A DNA stretch of 64,000 nucleotides from Desulfurococcales archaeon (GTDB lineage: Archaea; Thermoproteota; Thermoprotei_A; Sulfolobales; Desulfurococcaceae). Positions 10,345 to 21,245 of this stretch are shown here, in pieces. The notes under the pieces were generated by a model. That model saw nothing but the letters and a program-made list of their open reading frames with translations. It was not told where the DNA came from and did no database searches. The position numbers and the translations under genes are program-made. The stretch covers positions 224,001 through 288,000 of the forward strand of contig JALVYU010000026.1 of assembly GCA_027022365.1 (NCBI GenBank), in the 5' to 3' direction. Every line of letters begins with the position of its first letter. Position 1 is the stretch's first letter.

Positions 10345-11793
10345 TTGGGGAGAAAAATGCTTCCTAAGATTAAGATATACAATACATTGTCAAGAGACTA
10401 TGAGGAATTCACGCCCATAAAACCGGGCATTGTCAAGATGTATGTATGTGGCCCGACAGTCTACGACTACAACCATATCGGTCACGGTAAACCCTATGTG
10501 ATATACGATGCTATGAAAAGATACTTTTCGCTCAGAGGCTATCATGTTGTCCATGTGATGAATATTACAGATATTGATGACAAGATCATCAGGAGAGCTC
10601 AGCGTGAAAATCGTTCATGGAGAGAGATTGCAGATCAGTATACAAAGGACTATCTTGAGAGCCTAGAGAAACTAAATGTACATGTGGATATACATCCTAG
10701 AGTAACTGATCACATTAAGGAAATAATTGATTTCATACAAGTGCTGATCGATAAGGGATATGCTTATGTTGCGCCCAGCGGGAGCGTGTACTTCGAAGTT
10801 GACAAATACCCCGATTACGGTAGGTTATCAGGTAGACTGGACCGTTCACTCTGGAATCAAGAACAAGAATTCCTCGGAGAAAAGAAGAAACCCTATGATT
10901 TTGCCCTCTGGAAAGCTGCTAAACCCGGAGAGCCCAGCTGGGAATCACCATGGGGAAGAGGAAGACCCGGATGGCACATAGAATGCAGTGTCATGAGCAC
11001 ACGTTATTTAGGCAAACAATTCGATATACATGGTGGAGGAACAGACCTAATATTCCCACATCATGAGAACGAGCGAGCCCAGAGCGAAGCAGCCCTAGGT
11101 GTAAAGCCCTGGGTTAAGTACTGGGTCCATGTGGGAATGGTTGAGATCTCCGGGGAAAAGATGAGCAAAAGTCTTGGAAACATAATAACGCTTAGAGAAG
11201 CCTTTAAGAAATGGGGCCCGGAGACCCTCAGGCTGTGGTATCTCACGGGACATTACCGTAAACCACTTATATTCACAGATGAAGCCTTGAACCAAGCATC
11301 CAAACTATACGAACGACTAGTTGCATCTATTCAGCTCGTAGAGAAGCTAAGCAGGGAAGCAATCGATATGCATCGTATGGATGAACAGGACATTGCATTG
11401 CTTAATGAGATCCTAGAAACACATACACGGTTCCACGAGGCACTGAGCAATGATTTCAACACGCCTGAGGCGTTGGCGGCGGTGAGAAAACTTACGAACA
11501 TAGTATTTAAGGAGCTCCAGTACAGGCCAAAATACATGCTTGTATGGACAACATATAGGTTATTCAAGGAATTCAATGTTGTTCTAGGGGTTCTCGACAA
11601 ATATTTCACAAAGACACCTGAAGAGCTCGAGACATTTGTGGAATCACTGATAAAAATCGTTGTTGATATTAGGTCAAGGCTTAGGCAGAAAAAAGAATAC
11701 GAGTTATCCGACTTCATACGAGAAGAACTCGCAAAAATAGGAGTTGTACTAATGGATCGAGGTAAGGAGACCAACTGGATGATTAAGCGATGA
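10345..11793 (+). CDS. cysS: Cysteinyl-tRNA synthetase
   Basis: [36 protein letters not shown]. Confidence 0.98.
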   Translation: MGRKMLPKIKIYNTLSRDYEEFTPIKPGIVKMYVCGPTVYDYNHIGHGKPYVIYDAMKRYFSLRGYHVVHVMNITDIDDKIIRRAQRENRSWREIADQYTKDYLESLEKLNVHVDIHPRVTDHIKEIIDFIQVLIDKGYAYVAPSGSVYFEVDKYPDYGRLSGRLDRSLWNQEQEFLGEKKKPYDFALWKAAKPGEPSWESPWGRGRPGWHIECSVMSTRYLGKQFDIHGGGTDLIFPHHENERAQSEAALGVKPWVKYWVHVGMVEISGEKMSKSLGNIITLREAFKKWGPETLRLWYLTGHYRKPLIFTDEALNQASKLYERLVASIQLVEKLSREAIDMHRMDEQDIALLNEILETHTRFHEALSNDFNTPEALAAVRKLTNIVFKELQYRPKYMLVWTTYRLFKEFNVVLGVLDKYFTKTPEELETFVESLIKIVVDIRSRLRQKKEYELSDFIREELAKIGVVLMDRGKETNWMIKR

Positions 11794-12491
11794 CAATATC
11801 GGCTAAACGTAAATAGAGGAGTAGCGAAAGAATAGCCCTTTCTTTTCTCGAAGAGCTAGGATACAGGATCATCGATACTCATGTCCGTATAAAACAGCAT
11901 GGTTTCGAAATAGCAGAAATAGATGCTATTGTCGATGATGAGAATGGGAATAGATATGCTGTTGAGATCAAGGCTGGAAGGATAGATGTTAATGGTGTCC
12001 GCCAGGCATATGTGAATGCGGTTGTTGCCGGATATAAACCACTAGTGGTGGCCAAGGGGTACGCGGATGACTCGGCACGAGAGCTTGCCGATAAACTTGG
12101 TGTTAAGGTGATACAGTTAAGTGATTATTTTCTAATTGAAGCGGAGGAGCTAGAGAACATAATAAGGGACACGATAACAAATACTTTGGCCGACTTCCTC
12201 ACGATCATAGCTGAAGATAAACAAATACCTCCCGGAGACCTAGTGCTTCTAGAGCAAATAGTGGCTTCTCCAACGATAAAGGATCTCTCGGAAAAACTTG
12301 ATCTGCATATACGTGATGTTGTGAAAGAAATAAAGAGATTACAGAACAAGGGCATAATTCCGAAGAATGCGAAGAGCTACGGAAAAGTCAGGCTCTATGC
12401 CGCTATGAGACTAACGGGTTATCACTTTGGGCTCTTGAAGAAACTCATATCTTCTTTGCACGAACAATGCACTCGGGGGGAACATACTTAG
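11790..12491 (+). pseudogene. PD-(D/E)XK nuclease (Mrr/RecB-like) with C-terminal HTH, interrupted by TAG at codon 9
   Basis: ATG 11790 overlaps the cysS stop; [15 protein letters not shown]...EIDAIV...AVEIKAG...RQAY is in frame with ORF 12012-12491; TAG at 11814-11816. Confidence 0.7.
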
Positions 12492-13098
12492 TCAGAAAAA
12501 TACGATCAGTTGCATAGAGCAACTCATAGCCATGTCTCTCAAGACACTTTGGGTTAATGATGAGAATAACTGGTTTACCATGCCTTCTTCCTGTATCGAT
12601 AGCTGTTTCTTCATCGATTGTTAGATGAACATATTGGCGCTTCATAGGCTTAATCCCCTCCTTCAAGATGCTCTTAATAGAAGACAGTGATGTTCCGTGA
12701 TATAGGGGTTTATCCCATTTTATCCTAGGATAATTAATGGATACTTTGAAGCTATGGCCATACCTAGCACGTATCATTCCGTTTTTCAGCTCAAATCTAC
12801 CCTTGGGATCAAGCCTCGCTATGGCAACTACATGCTCATAAGTGATCCATTGGTAAAACTCCCTGTTGTGCCAGCACTTCTTAATACCTCTGACGAGTTC
12901 ATCTATTTTTACCCATCCTTCACTATCGGGTTCTACACATGCTTCCCGCGGAAAATGTCTGAGGATACCGCTAATCAATTTGCTGAGCTTGACGCGCCTA
13001 GCAGGATCGATCAATAGTGTCCAGCCCCCAACACATTCATTATGGTTCTCAACATATCTGCCATCCGCGCACTTGTATATCGGCCTCAAGGACTTCAC
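12445..13098 (-). CDS. kptA: RNA 2'-phosphotransferase (Tpt1/KptA)
   Basis: SGILRH, KGRFE...IRARYGHS, LYHGT, PMKRQYVHL. Confidence 0.95.
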   Translation of the reverse strand: MKSLRPIYKCADGRYVENHNECVGGWTLLIDPARRVKLSKLISGILRHFPREACVEPDSEGWVKIDELVRGIKKCWHNREFYQWITYEHVVAIARLDPKGRFELKNGMIRARYGHSFKVSINYPRIKWDKPLYHGTSLSSIKSILKEGIKPMKRQYVHLTIDEETAIDTGRRHGKPVILIINPKCLERHGYELLYATDRIFLTKYVPPECIVRAKKI

Positions 13099-13145
13099 CC
13101 TACGATACCATTATAATCCTAGAAAAGATATAGTGTTAGACCAAG

Positions 13146-13226
13146 CTATGAGGAACGCGCCGGAAGCTGGAGCCTCTCCGTAGGCCAGGGCGGGGAGGCC
13201 ATGAATGAACACTCTTTCTCTGAGCA
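13146..13226 (+). ncRNA. C/D box sRNA with hairpin insert between D' and C'
   Basis: ATGAGGA 13148, 12-nt guide, D'-like CTGG, stem GCCTCTCCG/CGGGGAGGC, ATGAATGA 13201, 11-nt guide, CTGA 13220. Confidence 0.6.
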
Positions 13227-13255
13227 CTATCATGGTTGGAGAACCGCATATGGAT

Positions 13256-14245
13256 TTATAGATTATCAATGATGCCTAACAAATACTCGATAATCTTATC
13301 AGGTTTTGGTGGTGATATTTCTATTCTTAGTGACGCCTGCTTGTACCTATCAATATTATTGAGTACATCAAGTATTTTGGAAGCAATAGTCTCAGGATCA
13401 CTTGATGGACTATAAACTATTAGTCCCGTATCTTCGTATATCCATGCTAGACCCTGTTCTTTTGACGTTATAATCGGGCGTCTGCTACCTATAGCTCGTG
13501 CTACAATACTGGTAGAGGTGTGATCTATGTCCGTTACGATTACTGCTGTAACCCTTGGAATTACACTTTCAAGCGTATCGCTCATCACACATACTACACG
13601 TGGATCTATGTTGCAATTTTCTTTATTCTCCTTGGTGAGCCCGATTACTATAAGTGGGGTTATTTCGACTTCTCTTAATAGCTCGATCAATCTCTTAATG
13701 GTCTTATATTCGATTTTCTTGGACATTATCAATATCTTAGGAGGATCAACAGGTATCTCTCCTATGAACTTCTCTTTCTCCCACGAGTATATAGGGAGAT
13801 AGATATAATCAAACTTATCAAATATGAAGCCGAATAATAGCCTCTCTCTCGGGGTGGTGTAACCAATCATAATGTAGGTGCCGCGCGCTCTTAATCGGCT
13901 GAGGGCTAGATTGACTGCGGATAGCAGTGCGATATTCTTAGAGCTAATGTTATGGTGGGGATCGGGCGGTATTATAAGTAGTAGGAAGACAGGCTTCACT
14001 TTTGCAATTGACGATAGTATTACCGGGAGATGTCTGTCAATCCTAGAAATAATTACAATACGAGCATTTTCGGGAACAGACCTCAATACAAATAATTTCT
14101 CAATATAAGTTCTAAGATTCTTAAGCCGAATATCATGGAGAGAAACATACTCCGTCCTTGCCCCCATCTTCTCGAAAAGCTCGATGAATCTCTTATCAAA
14201 CTCCGGATCGTATCTGCTTATAACAAATATTTCCCTGCGCATCAT
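13256..14245 (-). CDS. Divergent GT-B glycosyltransferase-like protein
   Basis: C-terminal ARAIGSRRPIITS...TGLIV...PETIASKILDVL resembles a GT-B C-domain. Confidence 0.55.
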   Translation of the reverse strand: MMRREIFVISRYDPEFDKRFIELFEKMGARTEYVSLHDIRLKNLRTYIEKLFVLRSVPENARIVIISRIDRHLPVILSSIAKVKPVFLLLIIPPDPHHNISSKNIALLSAVNLALSRLRARGTYIMIGYTTPRERLLFGFIFDKFDYIYLPIYSWEKEKFIGEIPVDPPKILIMSKKIEYKTIKRLIELLREVEITPLIVIGLTKENKENCNIDPRVVCVMSDTLESVIPRVTAVIVTDIDHTSTSIVARAIGSRRPIITSKEQGLAWIYEDTGLIVYSPSSDPETIASKILDVLNNIDRYKQASLRIEISPPKPDKIIEYLLGIIDNL

Positions 14246-14306
14246 GCATCATCAAATTAACTAGGATGACTAGCCAGATAAATACTTGTAGGGAGATGAG
14301 CCGGTC

Positions 14307-15449
14307 TTGCCGAGCACATTTGATGAAATCATCGCCTTGAAGGAGGAGATTAGGGACAAGCTCAGCCATAAGCTCTCCAAGAAAGAAATACGTGAAGCCG
14401 TTCATGATCCTCATGCTCGTAGGAGGCCGAGGCCTTGCGGATTAACAGTTCATACAGGTATAGGTTGTCCTCTACGATGCGTGTATTGTTACATATATGA
14501 TATGGGGTTCCAGAGCAATGCCAGGCAATATCCCTTAAGCCCCGAGCAACTAGTATATGCATTAGCCTCTAACCCGTATTTCATACCGGGTAGAAACGGC
14601 ACATTAATAGCTATGGGCTCGGTGACCGAGCCTTTCCTACCACAGACAAAGGATCTCAGTATCGGATATATCGAGGCGATAACTAAGTATCTGGGCAACC
14701 CTATACAGTTTTCGACAAAAATCTATATCGATAAGCGAGACGCCCAGAGAATAGCCAGTATAGACCCCGATATAAGCCCGTTGATAACAATAGTTACTAT
14801 TAAACATAGAGCCGAACTAGAGCCATATGCCCCAATACCCGAGCTTAGGTTCAAGACCATAGAGAATCTCTCGGAAGCAGGTCTTAAACCGATTCTCTTT
14901 TACAGACCCATAATTCCCGGAATAGCTGAAGAAGAATATGAAGAAATACTTGCGAGGGCCAAGGCAACTGGAGCTATAGGCGTAGTTGCTGGAGGGCTGA
15001 GGGTCACAAAGAACATATTGTCTAGACTGTCAGAGAAAGGTGTTCCTGTCAAGGAAATTCTTCAACGAATAACAAGGCCTCTCCGCGGCAACGAGCAAGT
15101 CCCAGTCAGGGTATCCGATCTGAAGATGAAGATCAAGGATAAGGCCTTATCGCTGGGCCTCATCTTTTTCCCGCAGGCCTGTATGGCTAACATATATACG
15201 CATGGTATGTATTGCCTCCGTATGGTCATGGAAAGAATAGTTTCAGCCGGATTTAATTTACCATCCACTGCGGAAATAGAAAATATAGTTAAGAAAGCCG
15301 GTCTTACACCAACAAGAATACGTTTCACGCGCTACACACTAATTATAAGTGTTAAGGAACCATGCGATAAAGTTAGAAAGCTTCTGTTACAAGAATTTAT
15401 CAAATATAGGTATAAGATCTGCGTTTCTATAAAATGTGAGAAAACATGA
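14307..15449 (+). CDS. Radical SAM protein (SPL-like family)
   Basis: GCPLRCVYCY, GSVTEPF, QFSTK, RPIIPG. Confidence 0.88.
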   Translation: MPSTFDEIIALKEEIRDKLSHKLSKKEIREAVHDPHARRRPRPCGLTVHTGIGCPLRCVYCYIYDMGFQSNARQYPLSPEQLVYALASNPYFIPGRNGTLIAMGSVTEPFLPQTKDLSIGYIEAITKYLGNPIQFSTKIYIDKRDAQRIASIDPDISPLITIVTIKHRAELEPYAPIPELRFKTIENLSEAGLKPILFYRPIIPGIAEEEYEEILARAKATGAIGVVAGGLRVTKNILSRLSEKGVPVKEILQRITRPLRGNEQVPVRVSDLKMKIKDKALSLGLIFFPQACMANIYTHGMYCLRMVMERIVSAGFNLPSTAEIENIVKKAGLTPTRIRFTRYTLIISVKEPCDKVRKLLLQEFIKYRYKICVSIKCEKT

Positions 15450-15683
15450 TCACTTTGATCTTATCTTTGCAATAATTTCACTAGCGAGCTTTGCTAGGTC
15501 TTCCTCCGAAACTATATCTCTAACATGAGTCTTTGATACATACAGGTCTACCTTGCCCGACAGCTTATCTTTAACTCTGATAAGGTCTCCATCTTTTCGA
15601 TGATATATATCCAACAGCTCTACCTGCTCTTTAGACAATAGATCAGCTAGTATCTTGCTCGGCGTTTTCGGCATGTTGTCCAC
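15450..15683 (-). CDS. Hypothetical protein
   Basis: 77-aa ORF between convergent/divergent neighbours. Confidence 0.6.
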   Translation of the reverse strand: MDNMPKTPSKILADLLSKEQVELLDIYHRKDGDLIRVKDKLSGKVDLYVSKTHVRDIVSEEDLAKLASEIIAKIRSK

Positions 15684-15776
15684 CTTCTAGCCTACATCTT
15701 GAAACTGGGATATTTTGAATCAAAAGTGTAGTTAAATACTTTATCTGTCAATCATTGTTCTCTTGAAAGGTGTTCA

Positions 15777-16208
15777 GTGATGATTAGAAAGTATCTACGA
15801 TGGGGCGACGGATACATTGTGTTTGAACTAAGAGATTCAGAGTATTTATTACTATTTTCAAACAACACAATATTGTTTAGGCCACGATTGGTATTTGTGG
15901 AGAAGAATGTAGCTGGAAATAGGATTGTTTACTCCAAGAAAAAGAGATATGTTTATGTTATCTTTTCGAAAAATCTTTTTCCCTATAGCGAGCTCGGAAA
16001 GAAAGCTATTGACGAATACATTGGTTATCAGATCGAAGTACGCTACACGAGACTAAAATATGGTAACTATCTAACCATAAATTTCCCAGGAGCTTATCTA
16101 TATGATCACGCCATATTAACCGATGAACAAATGTGTATAATAATATCGGCGAAGAGAAACGCTTATTTTGAGAGAGCAGATGACGGGCTCACCATCTATC
16201 TTGTTTAG
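15777..16208 (+). CDS. Hypothetical protein
   Basis: 143-aa ORF with GGTG RBS. Confidence 0.65.
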   Translation: MMIRKYLRWGDGYIVFELRDSEYLLLFSNNTILFRPRLVFVEKNVAGNRIVYSKKKRYVYVIFSKNLFPYSELGKKAIDEYIGYQIEVRYTRLKYGNYLTINFPGAYLYDHAILTDEQMCIIISAKRNAYFERADDGLTIYLV

Positions 16209-17011
16209 TCCGCATATTTTATCGTTGTGCCGATAAATTCCTCTCCTTTTATGGCTCTAATGGTGTTTTCAACATCAAATCCTGACACAATATGGATAGG
16301 AGCACCTATCCTACACGATAGATTATACATTTTAATTACCTTACCGACTATTCCACCAGTCGCATCTGTACTCGTATTTTTGGATATTTTATCGATCACG
16401 TCCTTGTAGTTATTCTTATTGATAATTCTGATGAGCTCGGCGTCATCGTATTTGGTAGGATCACGATTATACACTCCTTTAACATTGGTTAAAAGCACAA
16501 CACGCACGGGTCTGATATGTTTTGACAGCTCTAGGAAAACGTCTTCTGTGGATAGGACCCTAAACACTCTTGTTAGGGAGTGAATACACTCACCATATAC
16601 TACTGGTACAACATCGTTTCTTAGCGCGATCTTTATCGGTTCCGCGAACACTTCAAGGCCCTGTTCCCCCTCATATATTATAGCTGATGTTTGAAAAGAG
16701 ACAGCTGGAATACCGTTATTCACAAGATAATCAACAATTAAGTGATTAAGATCCCTTGTAGCCTCTTGGCATTTTACAAGCGTCGAAGTAGATCCTTCTT
16801 CGCTACATAGGACTATTGGATGGGCAAAACTGCCTCCACCATTGCCTAGCAGGATATCGTATTCATCGATTACTTCTCTGATTATCTTTGCAGAATTTTT
16901 GAGTGCATTGAAATTAATAGAGTAAAACTTATCCTTGTAGGTGATGAAGCTACCTCCAAGCTTAACAAATACTATGTCTTTACCAGTCTTCAAGACGTGG
17001 TCACCTATCAT
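16205..17011 (-). CDS. Isopentenyl phosphate kinase (amino acid kinase family)
   Basis: VKLGGSFITYK, GGGSFAHP, TNVKGVY, DATGGIVGK. Confidence 0.88.
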   Translation of the reverse strand: MIGDHVLKTGKDIVFVKLGGSFITYKDKFYSINFNALKNSAKIIREVIDEYDILLGNGGGSFAHPIVLCSEEGSTSTLVKCQEATRDLNHLIVDYLVNNGIPAVSFQTSAIIYEGEQGLEVFAEPIKIALRNDVVPVVYGECIHSLTRVFRVLSTEDVFLELSKHIRPVRVVLLTNVKGVYNRDPTKYDDAELIRIINKNNYKDVIDKISKNTSTDATGGIVGKVIKMYNLSCRIGAPIHIVSGFDVENTIRAIKGEEFIGTTIKYAD

Positions 17012-18475
17012 TACTATAATAAATTTTTATCAGTCATTAAAACTATAATGAAGAAATGGTGTGGACGTCTAGTGGTAGGTCGAAGGAATTATGTGAACGG
17101 GTTTAAAGACTTTATAGAACGCTTTTGGCATAAGCGGGGGATTTTCTTTCTTCTACTAGCTAACATATACATTTTCATCGTCGCTCCATACAACTGGAAT
17201 TACTACGATGTCAAATATTTTATTGAGTGGAGCAAAATTACAGTAACGCATGGATTATTCTCCGTATATGCATTAGCGGATAAAGTATCATATCCTCCTC
17301 TTGCTGTCGTCCTTTTTGTTCCTTTTTACTTGCTCGCAATTATGATCTCGTATAATCTCTTCGTTGTTAGGTTCGTGGTAAAACTTCCTTTGATTATAAT
17401 GTTTAATTTGATCTACTATGTTTTACTCAAATATTATGGCTGGAATACCGCCAAGTACTGGCTTATTAATTATGGCGCATATTCAACAATTTTTGGTTAT
17501 CAGTTCGATTTATACACGTCAATGTTTTTACTTTTAAGCCTTATAAGCATGGCACGATACAAAAACCCTGTATTAACGGGAGTGTTCCTTGCGCTTGCAA
17601 TACTTGTTAAGCCTCTCGTGGTTTTCGTTGGCTTTATTCCGCTGATCAAGTATTATATTGAACATAAAACAGGAGATCTAATACGCTATGTTGGTGCTGG
17701 TCTGATTACTGGATTAGCAATTGTGTTGCCGTTTATGATGTATAATCCTATTGATTTCCTTAGGAAAGTCGTGATGTTCCACAGCGATCGCCTACCTCAA
17801 GATCTGAGTATATGGGCTATACCATTGTATGTTTTGAGATATAACTACATGTTGCTCCCCTCATGGGAGATCTGGTTGTGGTTGCCAGTAATGATTACAG
17901 GAGTAACTGCTTATCTTTACGTCTTCTATAAAAGCAATGAAACCAATGAGTTATCCCTAGCAAAGGCATACGCAGCCATAATAATTGTATGCCTTATAAC
18001 CAATAAGGTCGGCAATCTAAACTATTTGACATGGGTTATCCCCTTCCTTGCAATATTATTATCCGAAGGGGCACTAGGTTCATGGGGTATGAAAGCACTA
18101 TATATATCCTTACCGATAGTCTCGATGCTATTATATCCGTTTACAATATTTGGTTCAGCTGCAGTAGTACATGGCCAAGTATTCATTGCTGAGGATAAGA
18201 AGTTCTATTCAGCTGTATGGTTGATCCAGGAATCTTTTCTTGGTTCGGAATCTATAGTTCATGAGATGATTTCAATCGGTAGGGCTTACCTCTACAGCTT
18301 TATGGCTATACTATATTATTACAGATGGGCTTCAAGTATCCTATACACAGTAATATACAACTCTATGTTAGCCGCGATTCTATACCGTATCTATGGGCTA
18401 AGAAGAATTGAGCTTGGCTTATCTCGTCATAAGAGGCCGTCTAAAATCCTACTTACAAGCTCTACAACACCCTGA
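16997..18475 (+). CDS. Multi-pass membrane glycosyltransferase (GT-C/GT87-like); true start probably downstream
   Basis: YDV..F..W, YPPL, QFD, many TM helices, NKV.N.NY..W. Confidence 0.75.
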   Translation: MVTYHYYNKFLSVIKTIMKKWCGRLVVGRRNYVNGFKDFIERFWHKRGIFFLLLANIYIFIVAPYNWNYYDVKYFIEWSKITVTHGLFSVYALADKVSYPPLAVVLFVPFYLLAIMISYNLFVVRFVVKLPLIIMFNLIYYVLLKYYGWNTAKYWLINYGAYSTIFGYQFDLYTSMFLLLSLISMARYKNPVLTGVFLALAILVKPLVVFVGFIPLIKYYIEHKTGDLIRYVGAGLITGLAIVLPFMMYNPIDFLRKVVMFHSDRLPQDLSIWAIPLYVLRYNYMLLPSWEIWLWLPVMITGVTAYLYVFYKSNETNELSLAKAYAAIIIVCLITNKVGNLNYLTWVIPFLAILLSEGALGSWGMKALYISLPIVSMLLYPFTIFGSAAVVHGQVFIAEDKKFYSAVWLIQESFLGSESIVHEMISIGRAYLYSFMAILYYYRWASSILYTVIYNSMLAAILYRIYGLRRIELGLSRHKRPSKILLTSSTTP

Positions 18476-19149
18476 CCACTCGGCTTCGTGGTTACGAGGT
18501 CTACGAGCCTCTTGAGTTCATCGTCCGCATTTCCAACAGCAACCTTTAATCCAACATATCTTATGAAATCATAGTCCATTACACTGTCTCCAACGCCAAT
18601 AGCTTCTTCAGGTTTTACTCCTAGTTTCTTCATGACATGTACAAGGGCTTTCCCCTTACCAGCATCTTTAGGAGTTAAGTGGATAGCATATCCGCTAAAA
18701 CCTACCTTGATATTAGGGTCTCTCTTCTTGACGAATGCCTTTATTTCATTAACTATTTCATCGGCTTTTCCTCTGTATTCAGACCTTATTTTCAGGGCAA
18801 AATCATATGATCTGAACTTATTCTGCCAAGAGCCGTATACGTAATCAGAAAATTCATTCAGTACTTCCTCGTAAATTTTCCTCGCAGAATACCTTGTCAG
18901 TACCTCGAATTCGTTCCCATCCCAGTAAATTATGCATCCCGTCTCCCCAATAGCTGGCCCGGATAATCCAATGTATTTTTTGAGAGCTGCCACTGCGGGG
19001 ATCATATTGCTCGATACAAGTACTACACTAACTCCGCTTTTCTCCAATGCCCTGAGAGCTCTCAGGGCATCGAGGTCAAGCTCCACTGTATTGCGGCTCA
19101 GTGAGAGAGTTCCATCAATATCAAATGCGGCAAGCCTATATTTTGTCAT
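18427..19149 (-). CDS. Phosphoglycolate phosphatase, archaeal HAD-IIB type
   Basis: FDIDGTL, ETG, KGKAL, GVGDSVMD, VGNAD. Confidence 0.88.
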   Translation of the reverse strand: MTKYRLAAFDIDGTLSLSRNTVELDLDALRALRALEKSGVSVVLVSSNMIPAVAALKKYIGLSGPAIGETGCIIYWDGNEFEVLTRYSARKIYEEVLNEFSDYVYGSWQNKFRSYDFALKIRSEYRGKADEIVNEIKAFVKKRDPNIKVGFSGYAIHLTPKDAGKGKALVHVMKKLGVKPEEAIGVGDSVMDYDFIRYVGLKVAVGNADDELKRLVDLVTTKPSGQGVVELVSRILDGLL

Positions 19150-19258
19150 TTTATACTCCCCCGAATACTCGTTCTAATCGGCGTTATAGGATTGTAATAA
19201 TCAACTATTAAATCTATTAAATCATAGGTTCACTAGAGTCATAGACGGTGGCGTAATC

Positions 19259-20068
19259 GTGATGACACTGTACTTCGTTGGATTAGGTCTAAGCAGTAAA
19301 CATCTAACATTGGAGGCCATAGATGCTATCAACAAGGCTGATAAGATAATCATTGATACCTATACGAGCATAATACACGGCTTTACGCCTGAGCAGATTG
19401 CTAGTCTTAACCCACGCGCCGAACTAGTATTGGCGCGCCGAAAGGATCTTGAGGGAAGATCTATAAAAGAAATCGTCGACGAGGCTAAGCGGAAAAATAT
19501 AGCAATACTTGTCCCGGGGGATCCCTTCATCGCGACCACTCATGACGCCATAAGAATAGAGGCTCTTGAGCAAGGAGTTACTGTGAAGACAATCCATGGT
19601 GTATCAATATACTCGGTCGCAGCCTCAGCAACAGGTCTTCAAATATACAGGTTCGGAAAAACAGTGACACTCGTATATCCTGAAGCCTTCAAGCCCTACT
19701 CAACAATCGAAACTATATATGGGAACCTCATGAGGAATCTCCACACCCTCGTCCTGCTCGACCTAAAGCTAGAGGAGAAAAAGGCTATGAGAATAACCGA
19801 GGCCGTAGACATACTGCTGGAGCTAGATGAAAAAAGAATTCTCTCCAAAATAATAGCTGTTGGGCTATCAAGAGCGGGAACACCCGAACAAGTAGTACAT
19901 GCAGATATGTTCCCAGAGCTCAAAAAATATGATTACGCGGGCCCGCCAGAATCAATGATAATTGTTGCTAAGCCCCACCCTGTGGAGTTGGACGCCCTCA
20001 AGCTAATATGCGGCCTGCCAGATACCGTTATAAACAAGATCAATGATAGTTATTCAAAACTGTTTTAA
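19259..20068 (+). CDS. dph5: Diphthine synthase
   Basis: LYFVGLGL, DTYTS, PGDPFIATTH, GLQIYRFGKTVT, LHTLVLLD. Confidence 0.96.
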   Translation: MMTLYFVGLGLSSKHLTLEAIDAINKADKIIIDTYTSIIHGFTPEQIASLNPRAELVLARRKDLEGRSIKEIVDEAKRKNIAILVPGDPFIATTHDAIRIEALEQGVTVKTIHGVSIYSVAASATGLQIYRFGKTVTLVYPEAFKPYSTIETIYGNLMRNLHTLVLLDLKLEEKKAMRITEAVDILLELDEKRILSKIIAVGLSRAGTPEQVVHADMFPELKKYDYAGPPESMIIVAKPHPVELDALKLICGLPDTVINKINDSYSKLF

Positions 20069-21233
20069 TCCGGGGTGTATAGCCGTGACAAAGTATCCCT
20101 ATATCTTAATGGCCATACTAGTGCTGGCGATGGTGTTGCTATCTCCTTTGTCTTATAGTTACCCCGTTACAGTAAAAGATGCGCTGAACAGAATAGTTGA
20201 GATAAAGACAGCCCCGAAACACGTGGTGTCATTATCACCAAGCATAACAGAAATCATGGCATCGCTCGGTCTACTGGATAGACTAGTGGGTGTAGATTCT
20301 ATATCATATAAAGATCCTTACTATGGCATCGCGGAGTTCTGTAAATCACATAACGTATCAGATGTCGGAGGGTATTGGTGGTCAGCAATAAAAACAGAAA
20401 AAATATTGGCGTTAAAACCTGATCTTATCCTGGCTGATGCTGGAGCGCATGTTAAACTCCTTAAGTTCTTCGAGAACTATAACCTCACAGTAGTTTATCT
20501 TCATGCAGGTGCTTCCAAGTCGCTCGAGGACATATATTCCGATATAGACATGATCGCGAGGATATTCAATGTATCCGAAACAAGGGTTTCACAACTAATC
20601 CAGTCTATAGATAACAACATATCCCTGGCAAGACAATACATCGCGCCATACAAGACTGTTAGAGCAGTAGTTGTTGTAGGCTTCTATGAAGGCATATGGG
20701 TGGCCGGCAAAGCCACCTTTATCGATGATCTCCTCTCAAAAATAGGAATAACTAATGCCGCAACAACTATTGGCTGGAAAGCAGTAAATATAGAAACCAT
20801 AATGTCGTGGAAGCCACAAATAGTAATAATAGATACAACCTATGTCACCAATAAGACCTTAACCGAGTACGGCCTCAACAAGATCAATGCAAAACTGATC
20901 TTCTTAAACAAAACAGAAGTAGACCTGTTATCGAGGCCAGGACCATTAATCGGCGAAGCATCAGTGCTTCTAGCTAAAAGAATAGCTGACGCATTAGGCC
21001 CAGCACCAACCCCCACACCAGTAACTAAAACAATAGTTTCAACAAGCACAGTATCTCATACCGTTGTCAAAACTAGTGTAACAACTGTGACGAAGGAATA
21101 CGCCTCCGCTACAACCATAACGAGTACAAAAACTGTTGGACAGACCGCATCCTACGGGGAGATAATTGGTATCTCTATTGCAGTAATCATAGTTGGCATA
21201 GCAATCGGATACGCTATTAGTAGGAGACACTGA
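20043..21233 (+). CDS. Cobalamin/iron-siderophore ABC transporter substrate-binding protein
   Basis: YPVTVKDAL.R, VVSLSPSITE, SRPGP; Thr-rich linker and C-terminal TM anchor. Confidence 0.9.
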   Translation: MIVIQNCFNPGCIAVTKYPYILMAILVLAMVLLSPLSYSYPVTVKDALNRIVEIKTAPKHVVSLSPSITEIMASLGLLDRLVGVDSISYKDPYYGIAEFCKSHNVSDVGGYWWSAIKTEKILALKPDLILADAGAHVKLLKFFENYNLTVVYLHAGASKSLEDIYSDIDMIARIFNVSETRVSQLIQSIDNNISLARQYIAPYKTVRAVVVVGFYEGIWVAGKATFIDDLLSKIGITNAATTIGWKAVNIETIMSWKPQIVIIDTTYVTNKTLTEYGLNKINAKLIFLNKTEVDLLSRPGPLIGEASVLLAKRIADALGPAPTPTPVTKTIVSTSTVSHTVVKTSVTTVTKEYASATTITSTKTVGQTASYGEIIGISIAVIIVGIAIGYAISRRH

Positions 21234-21245
21234 CTGTGATAAATT

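Noticed and set aside
20990-21160. Thr/Pro-rich low-complexity stretch in the ABC binding protein
   Set aside because: Ordinary linker before the membrane anchor in crenarchaeal binding proteins
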